IMG/VR virus record: IMGVR_UViG_2695420728_000009
Coordinates: 1-26,294 of that record
DNA: 26,294 nt
Strand: one strand, 5' to 3'
Source: a virus
Taxonomy: Duplodnaviria; Heunggongvirae; Uroviricota; Caudoviricetes
Numbering within the stretch: the first letter of the stretch is position 1; each line of letters starts with the position of its first letter. Below, one piece after another: positions 16,470 through 26,294 of the stretch. Made by a program: the position numbers and the translations under genes. The notes beneath the pieces are model-generated. The model ran no database searches, had not been told where the DNA came from, and saw nothing but the letters and a program-made list of their open reading frames with translations.

Positions 16470-16489
<20 letters not shown>
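15170..16489 (-). CDS. C: Head protease/scaffold protein C (Nu3 scaffold presumably nested in-frame in its 3' portion, as in lambda)
   Basis: Matches lambda gpC (TAELRNLPHIASMAFNEPLMLEPAYARVFF...). Start assigned to GTG 16487..16489 preceded by GGAGGAGAAGA; the upstream part of the called ORF overlaps the end of B. Confidence 0.88.
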
Positions 16490-20170
<3,681 letters not shown>

Positions 20171-20196
<26 letters not shown>

Positions 20197-20716
20197 TCAG
20201 CAACCCCGGTATCAGTTCATCCAGCGCGGCTGCTTTGTTCATGGCTTTGATGATATCCCGTTTCAGGAAATCAACATGTCGGTTTTCCAGTTCCGGAAAA
20301 CGCCGCTGCACCGACAGGGGGATCCCGTCGAGAATACTGGCAATTTCACCTGCGATCCGCGACAACACGAAAGTACAGAATGCGGTTTCCACCACTTCAG
20401 CGGAGTCTCTGGCATTCTTCAGTTCCTGTGCGTCGGCCTGCGCACGCGTAAGTCGATGGCGTTCGTACTCAATAGTCCCTGGCTGGAGATCTGCCTCGCT
20501 GGCCTGCCGCAGTTCTTCAACCTCCCGGCGCAGCTTTTCGTTCTCAATTTCAGCATCCCTTTCGGCATACCATTTTATGACGGCGGCAGAGTCATAAAGC
20601 ACCTCATTACCCTTGCCACCGCCTCGCAGAACGGGCATTCCCTGTTCCTGCCAGTTCTGAATGGTACGGATACTCGCACCGAAAATGTCAGCCAGCTGCT
20701 TTTTGTTGACTTCCAT
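20171..20716 (-). CDS. Nu1: Terminase small subunit Nu1 (helper copy)
   Basis: 181-aa translation matches lambda Nu1 throughout (MEVNKKQLADIFGASIRTIQNWQEQGMPVLRGGGKGNEVLYDSAAVIKWYAERD...SEYIEQSG). Confidence 0.95.
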
Positions 20717-20940
20717 TGTTCATTCCACGGACAAAAACAGAGAAAGGAAACGACAGAGGCCAAAAAGCTCGCTTTCAGCACCTGTCGTTTCCTTTCTTTT
20801 CAGGGGGTATTTTAAATAAAAACATTAAGTTACGACGAAGAAGAACGGAAACACCTTAAACCGGAAAATTTTCATAAATAGCGAAAACCCGCGAGGTCGC
20901 CGCCCCGTAACCTGTCGGATCGCCGGAAAGGACCCGCAAA
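20717..20940 (-). other. cos: cos site of the helper prophage (cosB R-sites plus cosN cohesive-end sequence at 20894..20905)
   Basis: Reverse complement of 20894..20905 is GGGCGGCGACCT, the lambda 12-nt cohesive end, flanked by ...CGCG and CGTAACCTGTCGGATCGCC... as at the lambda genome ends. R-type sites (CTGTCGTTTCCTTTCT, AGAAAGGAAACGACAG) lie between cosN and the Nu1 start. Confidence 0.88.
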
Positions 20941-21104
20941 ATGATAATAATTATCATCTGCATGTCACAACGTGCATCTACGCCATCAAACCACGTCAAA
21001 TAATCAATTATGACGCAGGTATCATATTAATTGATCTGCATCAACTTAACGTAAAAACAACTTCAGACAATACAAATCAGCGACACTAAATACGGGACAA
21101 CCTC

Positions 21105-21338
21105 ATGTCAACGAAGAACAGAACCCGCAGAACAACAATCCGCAACATCCGCTTTCCTAACCAAATGATTGAACAAATTAACATCGCTCTTGATCAAAAA
21201 GGGTACGGGAATTTCTCAGCCTGGGTCATTGAAGCCTGCCGCCGGAGACTGTGCTCAGAAAAAAGAGTTTCTCCTGAAGCAAACAAAGAAAAGAGTGACA
21301 TTACTGAATTGCTCAGAAAACAGATCAGACCAGATTGA
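21105..21338 (+). CDS. YlcI/YnfO-family small protein (RHH-like), prophage moron
   Basis: 77-aa ORF MSTKNRTRRTTIRNIRFPNQMIEQINIALDQKG... resembles E. coli cryptic-prophage YnfO/YlcI proteins as I recall them; opposite strand to the late operon, at the bor-like position next to cos. Confidence 0.6.
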   Translation: MSTKNRTRRTTIRNIRFPNQMIEQINIALDQKGYGNFSAWVIEACRRRLCSEKRVSPEANKEKSDITELLRKQIRPD

Positions 21339-21394
21339 AGCAATTTAGATAATCGTGCAGACTACGCCCCTCATATCACATGGAAGGTACTACA

Positions 21395-21805
21395 ATGGCT
21401 CAGGTTGCCATTTTTAAACAAATATTCGATAAAGTGCGAAATAATTTAAACTATCACTGGTTTTATTCTGAACTAAAACGTCACAATGTCTCACATTACA
21501 TTTACTATTTAGCTACAGAGAATATTCATCTTGTTCTTGAAAACGATAATACGGTTTTAATAAAAGGACAGGGTAAGGTTGTAAATGTAAGATTTTCAAA
21601 AAATAAATGCCTTATAGAAGCCACCTTAAAAGGATTCAAATCAGGAGAGTTATCATTTTACGAATACAGGAAAAATCTTGCTACAGCAGGGGTTTTCAGA
21701 TGGATTACAAATATCCACGAAAACAAAAGGTATTACTATACCTTTGATAATTCATTACTCTTTACTGAGAACATTCAGAACACTACACAAATATTTCCGC
21801 ACTAA
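21395..21805 (+). CDS. YdfO-like protein (DUF1398 family), prophage moron
   Basis: Translation ...[55 protein letters not shown]...[25 protein letters not shown] closely resembles E. coli Qin-prophage YdfO as I recall it. Start placed at the second ATG (21395), which has a GGAAGG ribosome-binding site; 21380 is the alternative. Confidence 0.62.
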   Translation: MAQVAIFKQIFDKVRNNLNYHWFYSELKRHNVSHYIYYLATENIHLVLENDNTVLIKGQGKVVNVRFSKNKCLIEATLKGFKSGELSFYEYRKNLATAGVFRWITNIHENKRYYYTFDNSLLFTENIQNTTQIFPH

Positions 21806-22061
21806 ATCATAACGTCCGGTTTCTTCCGTGCCAGAACCGGACTCGCTGGCATGATGAAATATGTGTACCCGGTAACCCCGGTGTGCATCGTTTTTGATTA
21901 TTCCCGCACACTCGCGCAGAAGGAGTTCCCCGTCGGGCTACGGTCTCTGTTAATACGGGAATACGGCGACGATACAGCGCATGATGTGTCAGGCTTGAAT
22001 ACCTTTATCCTTTAAAAGGGATATCAGTTAAGTTATCCCGTGTAGGGTATAAACCATTATC

Positions 22062-22090
22062 AAAGCCACTCTGTAGGAAGTGGCTTTTGT
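22062..22090 (+). terminator. Rho-independent terminator downstream of the YnfO-like/YdfO-like pair
   Basis: AAGCCACT-CTGTAGGA-AGTGGCTT hairpin followed by TTGT. Confidence 0.45.
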
Positions 22091-22296
22091 AATGGCAATA
22101 AAAAGCCCCGCGAATGCGAGGCTAAATCCTGGTATTTGTAATGACTGGCTCTTATCTCAACGCAGCCCCTTACCGCGCGCAAAATGCTCAATATCAAGCA
22201 TCAGCAATGAGATGTTTAATCTGGATTCACTCCAGAAGTGAGCACCACCCTGTCTACAGAGCCAGATGTGAAGGATGATGAGTAAAATTATCGCTA

Positions 22297-22764
22297 TCAT
22301 CGAAGGCATTGCGTCCTGATGTATTCCTGAAGCGTTCTCAGTGCTGTTTGGTCGCGGATAATTCCGTCCCGGACACCGAGAACGTTTCGTCCAGCAACTG
22401 GAGAGAGTTCGACGGTGGCATCATTGCCCATGCCGGAGGCGCTGGAGGTTTCGGCTGAGGATGGCACAGGGCATTTTCCTTTGACGAACACCCGACCACC
22501 ATTATCAAGCTTGCGCCGAAGAGCATCATTTTCAGCTTTCGCATCAGCTAACTCCTTCGTGTATTTATCATCGAGTGCATCAGCATCACGCTGGCGCTGC
22601 TGCATGTCAGTAATGGTGGCGTTCGCCTTCTCCAGTTCACTGGCCTTGTTATCGCGCTGTTCTTTGTAGGCGATTGCATTATCACGGTAATGATTAACAG
22701 CCCATGACAGGCAGACGATGATGCAGATAACCAGAGCGGAGATAATCGCGGTTACCCTGCTCAT
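22297..22764 (-). CDS. Rz: Rz i-spanin (inner-membrane spanin subunit)
   Basis: N-terminal transmembrane segment ([19 protein letters not shown]) followed by a coiled-coil periplasmic domain; its start ATG overlaps the endolysin stop (ATGA). Position is canonical, downstream of the endolysin. Confidence 0.85.
   Translation of the reverse strand: MSRVTAIISALVICIIVCLSWAVNHYRDNAIAYKEQRDNKASELEKANATITDMQQRQRDADALDDKYTKELADAKAENDALRRKLDNGGRVFVKGKCPVPSSAETSSASGMGNDATVELSPVAGRNVLGVRDGIIRDQTALRTLQEYIRTQCLR
22338..22544 (-). CDS. Rz1: Rz1 o-spanin (outer-membrane lipoprotein), embedded out of frame within Rz
   Basis: 68-aa ORF wholly inside Rz in another frame; signal peptide with lipobox-like ...MVVGCSS and a proline-rich mature region ([16 protein letters not shown]) as in lambda Rz1. 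Confidence 0.7.
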   Translation of the reverse strand: MRKLKMMLFGASLIMVVGCSSKENALCHPQPKPPAPPAWAMMPPSNSLQLLDETFSVSGTELSATKQH

Positions 22765-23258
22765 TGTTGCCCCCACAAACAGACCTCACGCTCAATCTCA
22801 CGACGAGTCATCAGGCCTTTCCATTGCTTACCGCCAGCGTATGCCCAGCGACGTAGCTGGTCACATGCGCCCTTGATATCGCCCTGGTTTATTTTGCGAA
22901 GAAGAGTAGATGTTCTGAAATTGCCTGCGCCCACGTTATAGACGAACGAGTAAAGAGCGCCGCGCGTTGTTTCCGGTATATCGACTTTGATGTACGGGTT
23001 AATTTGTCTGGCTACCGTGGCAAGGTCTTTATTCAGGAGGGCTTTGCATTCTGCTTCGGTATACGTTTTACCGGGAATGATGTCTTTTCCTGTATGCCCG
23101 TGACATACAGTCCATACGCCAACGATATCTTTGTATGGTATGTAGCTGACACCTTCCAGACCATCGTTACCACTTGGGCCAGTGATTAACACTGATGCTA
23201 TAGCAATTGCTCCGCCACCAATAGCAGCAGCAACGGCTTTTCGTAATGATGGAGGCAT
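22761..23258 (-). CDS. R: SAR endolysin (phage-21 R-type lysozyme)
   Basis: 165-aa ORF with an N-terminal Gly/Ala-rich signal-anchor-release segment ([18 protein letters not shown]) followed by a T4-lysozyme-like catalytic region ([10 protein letters not shown]...[11 protein letters not shown]). Confidence 0.88.
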   Translation of the reverse strand: MPPSLRKAVAAAIGGGAIAIASVLITGPSGNDGLEGVSYIPYKDIVGVWTVCHGHTGKDIIPGKTYTEAECKALLNKDLATVARQINPYIKVDIPETTRGALYSFVYNVGAGNFRTSTLLRKINQGDIKGACDQLRRWAYAGGKQWKGLMTRREIEREVCLWGQQ

Positions 23259-23389
23259 TATTCACCTCTCGCAGCCTTGCGCTTATCTTCTTTAATCTTG
23301 AAATAAAGGTTTGTCAGGTACGTCAGCAGGCCAAATACCAAGCTACCCAGCACACCTATTGCTGCCCACTGTGAGGGCGTGACTTTATC
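23258..23389 (-). pseudogene. 3' remnant (C-terminal ~43 codons) of a pinholin gene (S21/EssD-like), truncated at the IS66 left end
   Basis: In-frame translation [43 protein letters not shown] matches the C-terminal two-thirds of EssD/S21-type pinholins as I recall them; its stop overlaps the endolysin start (TAATG). Homology ends exactly at the IS terminus 23390. Confidence 0.72.
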
Positions 23390-23474
23390 GTAAGCGTAAA
23401 CTGACCGCCGTATGTAGCCATCAGACGAGAATTGGTAACTTAGACGCCCATCTGATATAGACGGACATCTAAGT

Positions 23475-23900
23475 ATGGAATTACAGGACTGGCGAAAAGA
23501 ACCTCGTAAAAACTATTCGAATGAATTCAAACTTCGTATGGTGGAACTGGCATCACAACCTGGAGCTTGTGTTGCACAGATTGCACGTGAAAATGGCGTC
23601 AATGATAATGTTATTTTCAAATGGCTCAGGCTCTGGCAGAACGAAGGGCGTGTTTCGCGGCGTCTTCCGGTAACGACCTCTTCTGACACTGGCGTTGAAT
23701 TATTACCTGTAGAAATAACGCCGGATGAGCAGAAAGAACCTGTGGCGGCCATTGCGCCGTCTTTATCCACTTCCACTCAGACCAGAGTCAGTGCCAGTTC
23801 CTGCAAGGTGGAATTCCGTCACGGTAACATGACGCTGGAAAATCCATCGCCAGAGCTGCTCACAGTGTTGATCCGTGAACTGACCGGGAGGGGAAGATGA
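23475..23900 (+). CDS. tnpA: IS66-family orf1 (TnpA, HTH protein)
   Basis: 141-aa ORF; first of three IS66 ORFs; stop overlaps the tnpB start (ATGA). Confidence 0.8.
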
Positions 23901-24247
23901 TCTCACTCCCATCAGGTACCCGTATCTGGCTCGTTGCCGGCGTTACCGATATGCGTAAATCCTTCAACGGACTGGGAGAACAGGTACAACATGTGCTGAA
24001 TGATAATCCCTTCTCCGGTCACCTGTTTATCTTCCGTGGCCGACGGGGTGACACCGTCAAAATTCTTTGGGCTGATGCTGATGGTCTGTGCCTGTTCACC
24101 AAACGCCTGGAGGAAGGCCAGTTTATCTGGCCTGCGGTACGTGACGGCAAGGTATCCATTACCCGCTCGCAACTGGCAATGCTCCTCGATAAGCTGGACT
24201 GGCGTCAGCCAAAAACATCCAGCCGTAACTCACTGACAATGTTGTAA
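23897..24247 (+). CDS. tnpB: IS66-family orf2 (TnpB accessory protein)
   Basis: 116-aa [55 protein letters not shown]... typical of IS66 Orf2. Confidence 0.85.
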   Translation: MISLPSGTRIWLVAGVTDMRKSFNGLGEQVQHVLNDNPFSGHLFIFRGRRGDTVKILWADADGLCLFTKRLEEGQFIWPAVRDGKVSITRSQLAMLLDKLDWRQPKTSSRNSLTML

Positions 24248-24277
24248 AAAACTCCTGACCGCATTATAAAAACGGTC

Positions 24278-25891
24278 ATGAGTCAGAAATACCTCATTCG
24301 CATCGCAGAGCTGGAAAGGTTGCTCTCTGAGCAGGCTGAAGCCCTCCGTCAGAAAGACCAGCAACTGAGTCTGGTTGAAGAGACGGAAGCCTTCCTGCGC
24401 TCTGCACTGACACGTGCCGAAGAAAAGATCGAAGAAGATGAACGGGAAATAGAACATCTGCGGGCTCAGATAGAAAAACTGCGCCGGATGCTGTTCGGTA
24501 CCCGTTCTGAAAAACTGCGTCGTGAAGTTGAACTGGCTGAGGCTCTGCTGAAACAACGTGAACAGGACAGCGATCGTTACAGTGGGCGGGAAGACGATCC
24601 TCAGGTTCCCCGCCAGTTGCGACAGTCGCGCCATCGTCGTCCGTTACCGGCACACCTTCCCCGTGAAATACACCGCCTGGAGCCAGAAGAAAGCTGTTGC
24701 CCGGAGTGTGGCGGTGAGCTGGATTATCTGGGGGAAGTCAGCGCTGAACAGCTGGAACTGGTGAGCAGTGCCCTGAAAGTGATCCGCACAGAACGGGTAA
24801 AAAAAGCCTGTACAAAATGTGACTGTATTGTTGAAGCACCGGCGCCGTCCCGCCCGATAGAGCGTGGTATCGCGGGCCCCGGATTACTTGCCCGCGTGTT
24901 AACGGGAAAATACTGCGAACATCTGCCACTGTATCGTCAGAGTGAAATCTTTGCCCGCCAGGGTGTCGAACTGAGCCGGGCCTTACTCTCCAACTGGGTT
25001 GACGCGTGCTGCCAGTTAATGACACCGGTGAATGATGCCCTGTACCGTTATGTAATGAACACCCGCAAGGTTCACACTGATGACACACCGGTAAAGGTAC
25101 TGGCACCGGGTCAGAAAAAGGCGAAAACAGGGCGTATCTGGACGTATGTCCGGGATGATCGCAATGTGGGTTCGTCATCTCCTCCAGCGGTCTGGTTCGC
25201 GTACTCGCCGAACCGGCAGGGGAAACACCCGGAGCAACACCTCCGCCCCTTCCGGGGTATCCTGCAGGCGGATGCGTTCACAGGTTACGACAGGTTGTTC
25301 AGTGCAGAACGTGAAGGTGGTGCACTGACAGAAGTTGCGTGCTGGGCCCATGCCCGGCGAAAAATCCACGATGTATACATCAGCAGCAAAAGTGCGACGG
25401 CAGAAGAAGCCCTGAAGCGAATCAGTGAACTGTACGCCATCGAGGATGAAATACGGGGATTACCGGAGTTAGAGCGTCTTGCCGTCAGGCAGCAGCGAAG
25501 CAAAGTGTTACTGACGTCGCTGCATGAATGGATGGTGGAGAAGAATGGTACGCTGTCGAAAAAATCCAGACTGGGCGAAGCGTTCAGCTATGTACTGAAT
25601 CAGTGGGATGCCCTCTGTTATTACAGTGATGACGGTCTGGCGGAGGCGGATAATAATGCTGCGGAAAGAGCGCTTCGTGCAGTCTGTCTCGGAAAGAAAA
25701 ACTTTATGTTCTTTGGCAGCGATCACGGCGGCGAGCGTGGAGCACTGTTGTACGGGCTGATCGGCACCTGCCGTCTGAACGGTATCGATCCGGAAGCGTA
25801 TCTGCGCCATATCCTGAGCGTACTGCCGGAATGGCCTTCCAACCGAGTTGATGAACTCCTGCCATGGAACGTAGTACTCACCAATAAATAA
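24278..25891 (+). CDS. tnpC: IS66-family transposase (orf3, TnpC)
   Basis: 537-aa ORF with N-terminal coiled-coil/leucine-zipper region, CxxC...CxxC zinc-finger-like motif (CPECGG...CTKCDC) and DDE-type catalytic core typical of IS66 transposases. Confidence 0.9.
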   Translation: MSQKYLIRIAELERLLSEQAEALRQKDQQLSLVEETEAFLRSALTRAEEKIEEDEREIEHLRAQIEKLRRMLFGTRSEKLRREVELAEALLKQREQDSDRYSGREDDPQVPRQLRQSRHRRPLPAHLPREIHRLEPEESCCPECGGELDYLGEVSAEQLELVSSALKVIRTERVKKACTKCDCIVEAPAPSRPIERGIAGPGLLARVLTGKYCEHLPLYRQSEIFARQGVELSRALLSNWVDACCQLMTPVNDALYRYVMNTRKVHTDDTPVKVLAPGQKKAKTGRIWTYVRDDRNVGSSSPPAVWFAYSPNRQGKHPEQHLRPFRGILQADAFTGYDRLFSAEREGGALTEVACWAHARRKIHDVYISSKSATAEEALKRISELYAIEDEIRGLPELERLAVRQQRSKVLLTSLHEWMVEKNGTLSKKSRLGEAFSYVLNQWDALCYYSDDGLAEADNNAAERALRAVCLGKKNFMFFGSDHGGERGALLYGLIGTCRLNGIDPEAYLRHILSVLPEWPSNRVDELLPWNVVLTNK

Positions 25892-25921
25892 GCGTCAATA
25901 CGGTGCTCCGTTGACGCTTAC

Positions 25922-26075
25922 GAGCAGCCGGATAATGTTCCAGGAACTGCCAGTGAAATTTTGCTCGAGCACGGCGTTCGTCGCCAGCTTCAATGGCTGT
26001 GGCTACAGCCACAGCGCCTTCTTCCCTTGTTGCCAGTTCGTCAGGAATAGCGGCGCAAATAAAGACTTTACTCAT
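25922..26075 (-). pseudogene. 5' fragment (51 codons) of an unidentified prophage gene, interrupted at the IS66 right end
   Basis: From ATG 26073..26075 the frame reads MSKVFICAAIPDELATREEGAVAVATAIEAGDERRARAKFHWQFLEHYPAA and then runs into the IS terminal repeat. Family not recognised. Confidence 0.4.
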
Positions 26076-26168
26076 TTTGTTTTAACCTCATGACAGATTT
26101 AAGGATGAACAAATCCCTGCCATTGCTGGCATATAAGAATGAAACCGGATATTTATTACGGAACTGTT

Positions 26169-26294
26169 TTAAAGACCTGCCGGGATTTCGATATTATCCT
26201 GGTGAATAACTTTATCGACCGGGTAACAGTTACCGGGAATTTTCTGTTCGGTTGCTGCAGTCACACACTCCTGCATTGTCCTGTGAACACTGAC
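26169..26294 (-). CDS. 3' end of an unidentified gene entering from the right window edge
   Basis: Only open frame on the minus strand at the window edge (...CVTAATEQKIPGNCYPVDKVIHQDNIEIPAGL, stop at 26169..26171). Partial and unidentified. Confidence 0.3.
   Translation of the reverse strand, partial: VSVHRTMQECVTAATEQKIPGNCYPVDKVIHQDNIEIPAGL

Larger units (their letters stand above)
23390..25921 (+). mobile_element. IS66-family insertion sequence (~2.5 kb) with three ORFs and imperfect terminal inverted repeats
   Basis: Left end GTAAGCGTAAACTGACCGCCGTATG (23390..); right end reverse complement GTAAGCGTCAACGGAGCACCGTATT (..25921). Contains the three genes characteristic of the IS66 family. 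Confidence 0.85.

Noticed and set aside
21811-21835. Hairpin CCGGTT-(13 nt)-AACCGG just after the YdfO-like gene
   Set aside because: Short 6-bp stem with a long loop and no T-tract; not convincing as a terminator or regulatory element.
21806-22296. ~490-bp stretch without ORFs between the YdfO-like gene and Rz (possible small RNA or tRNA)
   Set aside because: No cloverleaf-compatible structure or conserved RNA motif could be recognised by eye; only one terminator-like hairpin (22062..22090) is reported. A covariance-model search could revisit this.
23382-25929. Simple IS66 insertion with an 8-bp target-site duplication
   Set aside because: The 8 bp outside the two termini differ (ACTTTATC versus GAGCAGCC) and the flanking genes are not two halves of one gene, so a plain insertion is not supported; an IS-associated deletion is more likely.
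25878-26075. Full 65-aa ORF MSKVF...TLIYW
   Set aside because: Its last 14 codons read through into the IS66 terminal repeat; only 25922..26075 is likely gene-derived.

Overview
This window is the late (morphogenesis) region of a lambda-type prophage, almost entirely on the minus strand, carrying two insertions. Reading the minus strand from high to low coordinates: a truncated unknown gene, an IS66-family element (23390..25921), the 3' remnant of a pinholin gene, SAR-endolysin, Rz/Rz1, two plus-strand moron genes (YnfO-like, YdfO-like), cos, Nu1, A, W, B, C(/Nu3), D, then E split into a 5' part (14772..14527) and a 3' part (3348..2558), then FI, FII, Z, U, V and the first codons of G. Between the two E fragments lies an ~11.2-kb integrative satellite/PICI-like element (about 3349..14527) bounded by a perfect 10-bp direct repeat that is itself E coding sequence. 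It encodes a tyrosine integrase, AlpA, a primase-helicase, an iteron origin, SSB, its own diverged capsid (E-like) and decoration (D-like) homologues, a chimeric Nu1-like small terminase with a near-identical copy of the helper cosB, and two AT-rich cargo loci (a DUF2971-like gene; an RHH gene plus a 449-aa unknown protein). The most interesting candidate system is this capsid-gene-targeting satellite with its capsid-replacement and packaging-hijack module and its cargo genes. All calls rest on reading the supplied ORF translations and sequence from memory of lambda and related proteins; no database search or structure prediction was possible.
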